Position numbers and translations under genes: made by a program | Shown: piece after piece, positions 52,968 through 63,013 of the stretch | How positions within the stretch are numbered: the stretch's first letter is position 1 | How the letters are laid out: each line of letters opens with the position of its first letter | The notes under the pieces: model-generated | The model's database searches: none | Told to the model about the DNA's origin: nothing | The model's input: only the letters and a program-made list of their open reading frames with translations | Assembly: GCF_025359345.1 (NCBI RefSeq) | Contig: NZ_JANYGQ010000023.1 | Coordinates: forward strand, 616-64,615 | Direction: 5' to 3' | From: Mucilaginibacter sp. | GTDB lineage: Bacteria > Bacteroidota > Bacteroidia > Sphingobacteriales > Sphingobacteriaceae | Length of the DNA stretch: 64,000 bases

Positions 52968-54086
52968 TTAAATTTGCGGCATTGGCGATGAGCGATCAAA
53001 AGACACAATTTTTTTTCTCATTTCGCCTTTATTTCTAAAATGTTTAGAAATTTCCTGAGTCAGATGGGTGAAGTTTGTTCTCTCGTCGTGTTTATGATAA
53101 AAGATTTTAATCGATTTGCAATTCTGATGCTCGAAAATCATATTCAACATTGTTCTATCAGACAAACCACAACTATGACCTAGGATAAAGATTTGAAAAT
53201 CGTCACTATCGATGAATCGAATTAAATCGTGATAGTTAGATGTTTTAAAATACCAGAAAGATTTGATGTAATCTAAAAAACCTTTCGTTTTTTCATGTTC
53301 CATCCTTAGGTAAAATTCGTCTAACTCATCTCCAAATCCAAAGATTAAAGGATTTTTGTCGTCGCTTAGTCTACCATGGATATAATTAACGTCAGCTGAA
53401 AACTTAGAGAAGTGTGGAGCTTTCTTAACTAGATAATTTTGGATCGTAGAGGTATAATTAAAATTAAGAACTTTTGTATTAATTGGCAGTATATTTTCAG
53501 CCAATTCAATAGTTGCTATATCATCCTTTAATATTTCTTCTTCAAAAATTGACAAATAACCCTTTATCGTAGGAATGTTGTTGATTGTCTTTAAATATTC
53601 TGAAAGACAGTTAATCAATACTTTTAGTGTCAAATTTAGCTCAGACAGTTCTTTGAATTTGTTTTCCTCATGTTTCGATTCCAATATTCGCTTTAGTTCT
53701 TCATAATATTCATTTTCAATGTCTACCCAAGTTGCACTATTGCAGTTTAGTAGCAAACGTTTCAAAAAGATGGATTTTAATTCGACTTTAAAAAATGGGC
53801 GGTAATTTGTAGAATAAATTGTGAGATCTCTATTTGAAAGTAAGTCATTGAAGCCATTTTTATAGTAATAGTCAATGTATTCTGATACGCCGTTAATTGT
53901 GTTACCGAATTGCAAAGTTTCGTTTAACCAATCGCGCTTAAGAGATATCAACTCATCCTGATATTGATGGTCGTCATACGCAATTTGAAATCGGCACTTT
54001 AAATACCATAAAATGAAGTCATTATAGCCAGTTTTCATTCCATGCGCTAAATCGAATCCATTGCCGAGAAGTATCAACCTATTCAT
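52968..54086 (-). CDS. AbiH-like abortive infection family protein
   Basis: N-terminus LILLGNGFDLAHGMKTGYNDF, central VNYIHG, and IFILGHSCGLSDRTML match the AbiH family pattern as I recall it. Strongly AT-rich. Confidence 0.72.
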   Translation of the reverse strand: MNRLILLGNGFDLAHGMKTGYNDFILWYLKCRFQIAYDDHQYQDELISLKRDWLNETLQFGNTINGVSEYIDYYYKNGFNDLLSNRDLTIYSTNYRPFFKVELKSIFLKRLLLNCNSATWVDIENEYYEELKRILESKHEENKFKELSELNLTLKVLINCLSEYLKTINNIPTIKGYLSIFEEEILKDDIATIELAENILPINTKVLNFNYTSTIQNYLVKKAPHFSKFSADVNYIHGRLSDDKNPLIFGFGDELDEFYLRMEHEKTKGFLDYIKSFWYFKTSNYHDLIRFIDSDDFQIFILGHSCGLSDRTMLNMIFEHQNCKSIKIFYHKHDERTNFTHLTQEISKHFRNKGEMRKKIVSFDRSSPMPQI

Positions 54087-54309
54087 AAAAAATCTTTGTT
54101 CTAAGCTATGTAAAAATTCAAAGCCGCATTATCTTTCGCATAATTTTTTAGTTTCCATTAATTTAATTAAAACGATAATCCATCTTGAAATCCTCGGTGC
54201 AAACTAAATTTCAATTTTCCATACAACAAATCAATTTTATTTTAAATTTGAAACGCGGCCGCCCGAAAAATTCGTCGGCCTCTCCAATTATAGTCTGGTA
54301 AACCCTGGT

Positions 54310-56163
54310 ATGAAAAAAGTATTGTTTTTTACGGCTTGCTGCCTGTGTATGGCAATGGGCTCATTTGCGCAGGTTCCTGCGCTGGAACGCGTAGAACCCA
54401 TGTTTTGGTGGGTTGGTATGCAGAATCCTAACGTGCAATTGATAGTGCATGGCAACGATATTGCCGCCCGCAAAGTGGAGCTAAACTACCCCGGTGTAAA
54501 GCTGGTTGCGGTGCACAAAGTTGAAAATCCTAATTACTTATTTGTGGATTTACGCGTTTCTTCGGGTACTACACCGGGAACGTTCCCGATAAAGTTTCTT
54601 AAAGCCGGTGAAAAGCCGTTAATTTATAGTTATGCGCTGAAAGCCCGCGACCATTCGCCCAATCGCGCGCAAGGTGTTACCACCAAAGATTTAATGTACC
54701 TGATAATGCCCGACCGCTTTGCAAACGGCGACCTGGCAAACGACTCGTTTAATAATATGCGCGAGCAGGGCATCCACCTCGATTCGATGTTCAGCCGCCA
54801 TGGCGGGGACTTGCAGGGGATTATTAATCACCTTGATTATTTGAAAGACCTTGGCATTACCTCGATATGGCTTACTCCGGCAATCGAAAATGACGAACCC
54901 CATGCGTCGTACCACGGCTATGCGGTTACCGACCATTATAAAATTGACGCCCGTTATGGCACCAATGCATTGTATAAACAATTTGTAGATAAATGCCACG
55001 CTATGGGCATGAAGGTGGTGATGGATCTGGTGCACAACCACGCCGGAACCGAAGGCTACACCATTTTGGATATGCCAATGAAAAGCTGGGTGCACCAATG
55101 GCCCCAATATACAAGGTCGAACTTTAAATATGAGGCTGTGATGGACCCCCACGCATCGGCGATTGACCGTAAACTGATGCTTGACGGCTGGTTTGACCAC
55201 CGTATGGCGGATATGAACCAAAACAACCCTTACGTTCAAAACTTCCTGACCCAAAACCATATCTGGTGGATTGAATACGCCGGTGTTGATGGACTGAGGC
55301 TTGATACTTACCCGTACAACGACCCAGCCTACATGGCTAAATGGGCGCTTGATGTGAAAGCTGAATTTCCGAAGATGACAATATTCGGCGAGGTGCTTAC
55401 GCCGCTACCTTACACACAGGCCTACTTTACACAGGGCAACACCATTAACCGTGGCTTTGATACCCACCTGCCTGCAATAACCGATGGCGCTGTTAAAGAT
55501 GCCATTTATGAGGCGCTGAATGGCCACGACGGCTGGGATAACGGCGTTACCCACCTGTACACCACCATCGCGCAGGATTTTATGTACCAGGACGTTACCC
55601 GTAACACCATATTTTTAGATAACCACGATATGAGCCGTGCGCTATCAATGGTGGGCGAAGACATTAATAAATACAAATCGGCGATGGCTATGCTGATGAC
55701 GCTGCGCGGTGTGCCTCAAATGTATTATGGCGACGAGATTTTAATGAAAAATTACTCAAACCCCGACGGCCTGGTGCGTGAGGATTTCCCCGGCGGATGG
55801 AATGGTGATAAAAACAATAAGTTTACTGCTGATGGCCGCAACGACAAGGAAAATGATGCCTTTAACTATGTGCGCAAACTGGCCAACTATCGTAAAAACA
55901 CCCCTGTTTTACACAACGGTAAAATGATGCAATACCTGCCGGAGTATGGCATATACGTGTACTTCAGGTACGATGCCAAAAAAACGGTAATGGTGGTTTA
56001 CAACAGCAATGATAAAGAAGTAACCACCCCAACCGCCCGTTACGACGAACGGATAAAAGATGTAAAAACTGCAAAAAACGTTATCACCGGCGAAAGTTTG
56101 GATTTGTCGAAGCTCACTGTCGGCCCAAAATCGACTTTGGTTTTGGAGCTGGGGGATAAATAA
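54310..56163 (+). CDS. GH13 alpha-amylase family enzyme (cyclomaltodextrinase/neopullulanase-like) with signal peptide
   Basis: GH13 regions DLVHNHAG, GVDGLRLDT, FGEV, FLDNHDM. N-terminal cyclomaltodextrinase-type domain. Confidence 0.92.
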   Translation: MKKVLFFTACCLCMAMGSFAQVPALERVEPMFWWVGMQNPNVQLIVHGNDIAARKVELNYPGVKLVAVHKVENPNYLFVDLRVSSGTTPGTFPIKFLKAGEKPLIYSYALKARDHSPNRAQGVTTKDLMYLIMPDRFANGDLANDSFNNMREQGIHLDSMFSRHGGDLQGIINHLDYLKDLGITSIWLTPAIENDEPHASYHGYAVTDHYKIDARYGTNALYKQFVDKCHAMGMKVVMDLVHNHAGTEGYTILDMPMKSWVHQWPQYTRSNFKYEAVMDPHASAIDRKLMLDGWFDHRMADMNQNNPYVQNFLTQNHIWWIEYAGVDGLRLDTYPYNDPAYMAKWALDVKAEFPKMTIFGEVLTPLPYTQAYFTQGNTINRGFDTHLPAITDGAVKDAIYEALNGHDGWDNGVTHLYTTIAQDFMYQDVTRNTIFLDNHDMSRALSMVGEDINKYKSAMAMLMTLRGVPQMYYGDEILMKNYSNPDGLVREDFPGGWNGDKNNKFTADGRNDKENDAFNYVRKLANYRKNTPVLHNGKMMQYLPEYGIYVYFRYDAKKTVMVVYNSNDKEVTTPTARYDERIKDVKTAKNVITGESLDLSKLTVGPKSTLVLELGDK

Positions 56164-56175
56164 GCAGGATGGGTT

Positions 56176-56281
56176 CGCCTCACCTAAACGGCGCAGCCCT
56201 CATGTAATAATCCTCTCCAAAGGAGAGGACTTAGCTGCGCTCTTTTTGAACCCTCTCCTTTGGAGAGGGCAGGGTGAGGCG
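56176..56281. repeat. palindromic element, family 2, copy B (inverted relative to copy A)
   Basis: CGCCTCACCTAAA...ATCCTCTCCAAAGGAGAGGAC ... CCCTCTCCTTTGGAGAGGGCAGGGTGAGGCG. Confidence 0.8.
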
Positions 56282-56434
56282 AACGATACACAATAAAATG
56301 AGCCTAAGTAATTTAGGATTTAACAATTGAACGATGATTTTTGTACGGTTAATTAGGGAATTCGTAAAAATAGTTGTCGCTGAGAAATGTGTAAGTAACT
56401 ATACCCTAATTAATTAAATTTGCCAACTAAAAAA

Positions 56435-57085
56435 ATGAGTACTATAAAAGCCTGCATATTTGACCTCGACGGTGTGATAGTTGATACGGCTGTTTATCAT
56501 TATAAAGCGTGGAAACGCCTGGCCGATCAGCTTGGCCTTAGCTTTACAGAACACGACAACGAATTGCTGAAAGGCGTAAGCCGCGTACGCTCGCTGGAGA
56601 TAATATTGGAGCTTAATCACGTTACCAAAACCGCTGAAGAACAAACCGAACTGGCTACGCAGAAAAATAACTGGTATGTCGACATGATAAACCAGATGAC
56701 ACCCGCGGAAATATTGCCGGGCGCCAAAGAATTTTTAGAGGCTTGCCGCGCTGCCGGGATAAAAACGGCGTTGGGCTCGGCCAGTAAAAATTCATCAACC
56801 ATACTGGCTAAAATAAACATGGCGCACCTGTTTGATGCCATTGTTGATGGTAACCATGTAAGCAAGGCCAAACCCGACCCTGAAGTGTTTTTAAAAGGCG
56901 CTGAAGCGTTAGGGGTAAGTCCCGCCGAGTGTGTCGTGTTTGAGGATGCCATAGCAGGTGTGGAAGCAGCTATAAACGGCGGCATGAAGGTAGTGGGCAT
57001 TGGTGAACCGGCGGTGCTGAACCGAGCTAATATAGTGGTGAGTGGGCTGGATAAAATGAGTTTGGAGTTGTTGCACAGCTTGTAA
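56435..57085 (+). CDS. pgmB: beta-phosphoglucomutase
   Basis: HAD motif I FDLDGVIVDT, KGVSR, GSASKN, KPDPEVF, FEDAIAGVEA. ATG 56435 preferred over TTG 56420. Confidence 0.92.
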   Translation: MSTIKACIFDLDGVIVDTAVYHYKAWKRLADQLGLSFTEHDNELLKGVSRVRSLEIILELNHVTKTAEEQTELATQKNNWYVDMINQMTPAEILPGAKEFLEACRAAGIKTALGSASKNSSTILAKINMAHLFDAIVDGNHVSKAKPDPEVFLKGAEALGVSPAECVVFEDAIAGVEAAINGGMKVVGIGEPAVLNRANIVVSGLDKMSLELLHSL

Positions 57086-57100
57086 AGCATTTAAAAACTT

Positions 57101-57193
57101 TGTCATTGCGAGCGAGGAACGAGCGCGGCAACCTCATCGCAATGCATAGCGAATAAGCAAGGCAACGAGATTGCTTCGTTCCTCGCAATGACA
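57101..57193. repeat. REP-like palindromic element, family 1, copy 6
   Basis: TGTCATTGCGAGCGAGGAACGAGCGCGGCAACC ... GATTGCTTCGTTCCTCGCAATGACA. Confidence 0.85.
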
Positions 57194-57230
57194 GAATAGA
57201 ATACAGAACTGAATATTATTACAATAAAGA

Positions 57231-59540
57231 ATGAAGGACTACATTGCAGTTGATGAGTGGAAGATCATAGAAGAAGGTTTTAACCCGCATCATAATAAAA
57301 TATCCGAGAGTATTTTTAGCCTGGGCAATGGCCGTATGGGCCAGCGGGCAAACTTTGAGGAAGCCTATAGCGGCGAAACGCTGCAGGGCAATTATGTTGC
57401 AGGTGTTTATTACCCCGATAAAACCCGCGTAGGCTGGTGGAAAAACGGCTACCCAGAATACTTTGCCAAAGTGCTCAACGCTGCCAACTGGATAGGTATC
57501 GACATCAACATAGATGGCGAAACTTTGGATCTGGCAAAATGCGAAGTGCTTCAATTCCGCCGCGAGTTGAACATGCAGGCGGGGTATTTGAAAAGAAACT
57601 TCACTGCAAAAACAGCCGGTGGCAAAATTGTTGAAGTTGAGGCTACCCGCTTCTGCAGCATGGCCGATGACGAGGCCGGTGCTATAAAATATACCATCAC
57701 CCCAAAGAACTTCAGCGGGCATTTAACCATTACCCCTTTCATCGATGGTGATGTAATCAACAAAGATTCCAACTACGACGAAAAGTTCTGGGACGAGATA
57801 AAAAAAGAAAGCTGGAACGACGGCGGTTTTATCCAATTGCGCACCAAAAAAACAGGTTTCGAAGTAGCAACAGGTATGCTTATCAGGGTGTTCCAGGGCG
57901 ATGAAGCTGTAAAACTAAATACCCAGGCAGTTACAAAAGAAAAATACATTGCTGCAAAATTTAAACTTCAGGCAACTGAAGGGCAAAGCATCAGTATAAT
58001 AAAATACGCTGCAAACCTTTCGTCGCAAAATTATGCGGCGGCTGATTTACCTGCTAAATTAAAGGAAACGTTAGCGCTTACCAGCAATAAAGGTTTTGAT
58101 ACCATGCTGGCTGAGCAAGCCGAAGCCTGGGCCGGAAAATGGAAAATGAACGATATCATTATCGAGGGCGATGCCTCTGCACAGCAAGCCATCCGCTTTA
58201 ACATTTTCCAGCTTAACCAAACCTATACCGGCGAGGACGATCGCTTAAACATTGGCCCCAAAGGATTTACCGGTGAAAAATACGGTGGCTCAACCTATTG
58301 GGATACCGAGGCTTATTGTGTGCCTTTTTACCTCTCAACAGCCGACCAAAAAGTAACCAAAAACCTGTTGCTGTACCGTTACAAACAACTGGGCAAAGCC
58401 ATTGATAATGCAAAACTGCTTGGCTTTACCAACGGCGCGGCCCTATACCCGATGGTTACCATGGATGGCACCGAATGCCATAACGAATGGGAAATAACGT
58501 TTGAAGAAATACACCGCAACGGCGCCATCGCGTATGCCATATTTAATTATGTGCGCTACACCGCGGATGAAGCTTACCTGGTTGATTATGGCTTGGAAGT
58601 GCTGATAGCTATCGCAAGGTTTTGGTCGCAAAGGGTTAACTGGTCGGGCGAACGGCAGCAATATGTAATGCTGGGCGTAACCGGGCCAAACGAGTACGAA
58701 AACAACGTAAATAATAACTGGTACACAAGTACCCTGGCAACGTGGTGCATGAAATATACCACGGAGGTTGTGGAAAAAGTTAAGGCAGCCGAGCCGGAGA
58801 AATATGCTGCACTCGTTGGCAAAATCAGCTTCAACGAGGAAGAAGAAACTGCTCGTTTTGCCGACATCATTGCCAAAATGTATTACGCTTATGACGAAAA
58901 GCAGCAGGTGTTTTTACAGCAGGACGGCTATTTGGATAAAGAACAGATACTGGTAAAAGATCTGCCGGCAGTTGACCGGCCCATCAACCAAAAATGGAGC
59001 TGGGACAGGATACTGCGTTCATGCTACATTAAGCAAGCCGACGTTTTGCAGGGTATTTACTTTTTTGAGGGTGATTATGATTTGGAAACCATCCGCCGCA
59101 ATTTCGATTTCTATGAGCCGCGTACGGTACATGAATCGTCGTTATCGCCTTGTGTGCACGCTATTTTAGCAGCGAAATTAGGTGACGAGGCACGTGCCTA
59201 CGAATTTTACCTGCGCACCGCCCGTTTGGATTTGGACGATTACAACAACGATACCGAAGACGGTTGCCACATCACCTCGATGGCAGGCACCTGGATGGCT
59301 GTAGTTGAAGGTTTTGGCGGTATGCGTGTGAAGGATGGCAAGCTGTCGTTCCAGCCGTTTTTGCCGGGCAAGTGGAAATCATTTTCGTTTCATATTGGTT
59401 TCCGGGGTGCAGTGCTCAACGTTAAGGTAAGCAAAGAAGGCGTACAGATAAAAAACCTTTCAGGTAGTGCCACTACGGTATTGATTCACGACAAAGAACA
59501 GGTAGTAAAGGCAAACGACGAATTATTGGTTGAGGCATAA
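57231..59540 (+). CDS. GH65 glycoside phosphorylase (maltose phosphorylase-like)
   Basis: 769 aa with GH65 N-terminal, catalytic (alpha/alpha)6 and C-terminal regions. Adjacency to pgmB supports maltose/kojibiose/trehalose phosphorolysis. Confidence 0.92.
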   Translation: MKDYIAVDEWKIIEEGFNPHHNKISESIFSLGNGRMGQRANFEEAYSGETLQGNYVAGVYYPDKTRVGWWKNGYPEYFAKVLNAANWIGIDINIDGETLDLAKCEVLQFRRELNMQAGYLKRNFTAKTAGGKIVEVEATRFCSMADDEAGAIKYTITPKNFSGHLTITPFIDGDVINKDSNYDEKFWDEIKKESWNDGGFIQLRTKKTGFEVATGMLIRVFQGDEAVKLNTQAVTKEKYIAAKFKLQATEGQSISIIKYAANLSSQNYAAADLPAKLKETLALTSNKGFDTMLAEQAEAWAGKWKMNDIIIEGDASAQQAIRFNIFQLNQTYTGEDDRLNIGPKGFTGEKYGGSTYWDTEAYCVPFYLSTADQKVTKNLLLYRYKQLGKAIDNAKLLGFTNGAALYPMVTMDGTECHNEWEITFEEIHRNGAIAYAIFNYVRYTADEAYLVDYGLEVLIAIARFWSQRVNWSGERQQYVMLGVTGPNEYENNVNNNWYTSTLATWCMKYTTEVVEKVKAAEPEKYAALVGKISFNEEEETARFADIIAKMYYAYDEKQQVFLQQDGYLDKEQILVKDLPAVDRPINQKWSWDRILRSCYIKQADVLQGIYFFEGDYDLETIRRNFDFYEPRTVHESSLSPCVHAILAAKLGDEARAYEFYLRTARLDLDDYNNDTEDGCHITSMAGTWMAVVEGFGGMRVKDGKLSFQPFLPGKWKSFSFHIGFRGAVLNVKVSKEGVQIKNLSGSATTVLIHDKEQVVKANDELLVEA

Positions 59541-61376
59541 ATGATAAAAGTTATGCTGAATGCTAGACCCGCGAATTTTGTAGCTGTAATTTTGGTATTA
59601 TTGATGCCATTAAACACAATTTCGCAGATAAAGCATGCGGCGCAAACAAAAAAAATGGAACAATCGTCGACCAATAATAAACTTATAATATACCAAATGC
59701 TGCCCCGCTTGTTTGGCAACACCAAAACAGTGAACAAGCCGAACGGCTCGATTGTAGAAAACGGGGTTGGTAAGCTGAACGATATTAACGACAAGGCCCT
59801 GCAGGAAATAAAAAAGATGGGCTTTACGCATGTTTGGTTTACCGGTGTTATCGAACATGCCACCATGACGGATTATTCCGCCTTCGGCATCAAGGCTGAT
59901 GACCCGGACATTGTAAAAGGCCGTGCAGGCTCGCCTTATGCCATCAAAGATTACTACGATATCGACCCTGATTTGGCTGTCGACGTTAAAAACCGCATGG
60001 GCGAATATGAGGCACTGATAAAACGCACCCATGCAAATGGTCTGAAAGTAATTATGGATTGCGTTCCCAACCATGTGGCCCGCACCTATGGCTCGGATGT
60101 GAAGCCGGTAGGGGTGAGGGATTTTGGTCAGGACGATGATACCACGCAAGCTTTTAGGGCTAAGAACGATTTTTACTATATGCCCAACCAGCACTTTGTT
60201 GTTCCGGGCGGATATAACCCCGGTGGCAATGATTTTAAAAGTCCATTGAAAGATGGCAAATTTGACGAGCATCCCGCAAAAGCAACCGGCAACGATGTGT
60301 TTTCGGCCTCTCCCTCAATAAACGATTGGTTTGAAACCATGAAGCTAAATTACGGTGTTGATTACCAAAATAACCGTACCCCACACTTCGACCCAATACC
60401 ACCGCTTTGGAACAAGATGTACGATATCCTGCATTTTTGGGCAGCCAAAGGTGTGGACGGTTTCCGTTGCGATATGGTGGAAATGGTGCCCTTCGAGTTT
60501 TGGGGCTGGGTAATACCGAAGCTGAAAGCTGAACACCCCGCGCTGGTTTTTATCGGCGAAGCTTATAACAGCTCGCTTTACACCAAATATATCAACACCG
60601 GAAAGTTCGACTACTTATATGATAAAGTTGGCCTTTATGAGGCCATCCGTCGCTTAACGTGCGACCAACCAAATGCCACTACCTGGGATATTAACCACGT
60701 TTGGCACAACGACAGCAACGGCATCGACGAACATATGCTGCGCTTTATGGAAAACCATGACGAGCAGCGCATAGCCTCGCACGATTTTGCCGGCAACCCA
60801 TGGTGCGCATTGCCTGGCATGGTGGTTACCGCAACTTTAGCTACCGGACCCGTTATGGTTTACAGTGGCCAGGAAGTTGGCGAACCCGGTGCCGGAGCAG
60901 AAGGTTTTGGCGGTGATGACGGTCGCACCAGCATATTTGACTATTGGGGAGTGCCCGAACATCAGAAGTGGGTTAACAACGGCAAATTCGATGGCGGACA
61001 ATTATCCGAAGAACAAAAAAGCCTGCGCAGCTTTTACAGCAATTTGCTGAACGCCGTGCATAATAATGAAGCGTTAAACTCAGGCAGTTTTTATGAATTG
61101 ATGGTAGCCAATGAGCACCAACCGGGCTTTAACACAAAGCTTTACATTTTTGCCCGGTATACCGCCAAACAACGTATATTAGTAATTGCCAATTTTAACC
61201 GTTCAGAACAAAACATTATTGTAAAACTCCCCGGTGATCTGCAACATAAGCTGCAGATAAACACTTCGGTGGAATTTACCGATATTTTAAGCGGGGCAAA
61301 ATTTTTCAGCCACGACATAAATGATGGAGTAACAATTAAGCTTCCTGCCGCAAGCGGGATGCTGCTGGAATTCTGA
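59541..61376 (+). CDS. GH13 alpha-amylase family enzyme
   Basis: GH13 regions DCVPNHVA, GVDGFRCDMVE, IGEAY, FMENHDE. It starts immediately after the GH65 stop. Confidence 0.9.
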   Translation: MIKVMLNARPANFVAVILVLLMPLNTISQIKHAAQTKKMEQSSTNNKLIIYQMLPRLFGNTKTVNKPNGSIVENGVGKLNDINDKALQEIKKMGFTHVWFTGVIEHATMTDYSAFGIKADDPDIVKGRAGSPYAIKDYYDIDPDLAVDVKNRMGEYEALIKRTHANGLKVIMDCVPNHVARTYGSDVKPVGVRDFGQDDDTTQAFRAKNDFYYMPNQHFVVPGGYNPGGNDFKSPLKDGKFDEHPAKATGNDVFSASPSINDWFETMKLNYGVDYQNNRTPHFDPIPPLWNKMYDILHFWAAKGVDGFRCDMVEMVPFEFWGWVIPKLKAEHPALVFIGEAYNSSLYTKYINTGKFDYLYDKVGLYEAIRRLTCDQPNATTWDINHVWHNDSNGIDEHMLRFMENHDEQRIASHDFAGNPWCALPGMVVTATLATGPVMVYSGQEVGEPGAGAEGFGGDDGRTSIFDYWGVPEHQKWVNNGKFDGGQLSEEQKSLRSFYSNLLNAVHNNEALNSGSFYELMVANEHQPGFNTKLYIFARYTAKQRILVIANFNRSEQNIIVKLPGDLQHKLQINTSVEFTDILSGAKFFSHDINDGVTIKLPAASGMLLEF

Positions 61377-61484
61377 CCGGGATTAATGGATTTAAGCGAT
61401 TTAAAGGATTGAGAAATTATAACTGAAGCCTATATCCACATAATCCTTTAATCGTGCTACAAATGACCAATGACTTAATGACCA

Positions 61485-62864
61485 ATGACAAATAATATGG
61501 CAACACGCGGCATTTTGCAAAAACCGAAAATGAGTTTTTGGCAGATCTTTAACATGAGCTTCGGCTTTTTGGGTATTCAGTTTGGTTTTGCCCTGCAAAC
61601 CGGGAACGCCAGCCGCATACTGCAAACCTTCGGCGCCGATGTGGAGCATTTGTCGTGGTTTTGGCTGGCCGCGCCTATTACGGGCATGATCGTGCAACCG
61701 ATCATCGGTCATTACAGCGATAGAACCTGGAACCGTCTTGGCCGCCGTCGTCCGTACTTTTTAACCGGTGCCATTCTGTCCGGTCTCGCCTTATTTTTTA
61801 TGCCGAATTCGTCTATGCTGGCTGCTATCATTCCGCCGATTGTGGTGGGTGCAGGTATGCTGATGATAATGGATGCATCGTTTAACGTTGCGATGGAACC
61901 TTTCCGCGCATTGGTTGCTGATAATTTACCCGATAGCCAGCATGATTCAGGCTTTTCAATGCAAACCTGTTTGATAGGTGTAGGTGCTGTTATTGGGTCA
62001 TGGCTGCCTTATGTTTTTGCCAACTGGCTGGGTATTGCTAAAACTGCTGCGCCGGGGCATGTGCCTGATAACCTGTTGTTCTCGTTTTATGTTGGCGGGC
62101 TTGTCTTAATAGCCAGTATTGTATGGACGGTAGTTAAAACCAAAGAGTACCCACCCGAAGAATATGCAAAATTTCATGAGCCCGAACCAAAAGATACTGT
62201 GAAAAAAGGCGGCATAGCCGAGATTATATCCGATTTGGCCAATATGCCCAAAACAATGAAGCAATTGGGCGTAGTTCAGTTTTTCTCCTGGTTTGCCTTG
62301 TTTTCCATGTGGGTGTTTACGACACCAGCTATTGCCGATCACGTTTACCATATCCCTGCCGGCGATACATCGTCCGTTGCCTATAACAACGCCGGTAACT
62401 GGGTAGGGGTGTTGTTTGGTATTTACAATGCTACGTCGGCCATATATGCGTTGTTGCTGCCGCGGATAGTACGCAAAACAAGCCGTAAAAAAACACACGC
62501 TTTCTCGTTAACCATGGGTGGTATCGGTTTGATATCAATCTTTTTTATTCAAAACGATTATCTGCTTATTTTACCGATGATAGGTATCGGCCTGGCTTGG
62601 GGCAGTATTTTGGCAATGCCTTATGCAATCCTTTCCAGCTCTATCCCAGCCGAGAAGATCGGCGTGTACATGGGGATATTCAACTTTTTTATCACCTTCC
62701 CGCAAATTGTTAACGGTATAATAGGTGGCCCGATAGTAAAGCATTTTTACAACGGCCACGCAATTTATGCATTGGTTATAGCAGGGGTATTTATGTTTTT
62801 GGCCGCGTTATCGGTGCTGCGGGTTGAGGATGGAAGGGATATACAGATTATTGAAACCGCCTAA
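61485..62864 (+). CDS. MFS sugar transporter (GPH/SLC45-like)
   Basis: 12 predicted TM helices. HYSDRTWNRLGRRRPY loop motif typical of glycoside-pentoside-hexuronide/SLC45-type carriers. Confidence 0.85.
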   Translation: MTNNMATRGILQKPKMSFWQIFNMSFGFLGIQFGFALQTGNASRILQTFGADVEHLSWFWLAAPITGMIVQPIIGHYSDRTWNRLGRRRPYFLTGAILSGLALFFMPNSSMLAAIIPPIVVGAGMLMIMDASFNVAMEPFRALVADNLPDSQHDSGFSMQTCLIGVGAVIGSWLPYVFANWLGIAKTAAPGHVPDNLLFSFYVGGLVLIASIVWTVVKTKEYPPEEYAKFHEPEPKDTVKKGGIAEIISDLANMPKTMKQLGVVQFFSWFALFSMWVFTTPAIADHVYHIPAGDTSSVAYNNAGNWVGVLFGIYNATSAIYALLLPRIVRKTSRKKTHAFSLTMGGIGLISIFFIQNDYLLILPMIGIGLAWGSILAMPYAILSSSIPAEKIGVYMGIFNFFITFPQIVNGIIGGPIVKHFYNGHAIYALVIAGVFMFLAALSVLRVEDGRDIQIIETA

Positions 62865-62907
62865 ATATTTGCACTTTCGATTTTACGCCCTCGCCAAAAT
62901 ATAAAAA

Positions 62908-62939
62908 AGGGTTTCAAACCTCAACGGAATGAAACCCTT
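62908..62939. terminator. bidirectional terminator between convergent genes
   Basis: AAGGGTTTCA aacctcaacggaa TGAAACCCTT with A-run upstream and T-containing tail. On the minus strand it is followed by TTTTTTAT. Confidence 0.7.
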
Positions 62940-63013
62940 ATATTCAGGATTTGAACAATTTCAACCCTTAGTATTGCGAATGAATACTTCGAACAGGCTG
63001 AACCGGATTTTAC

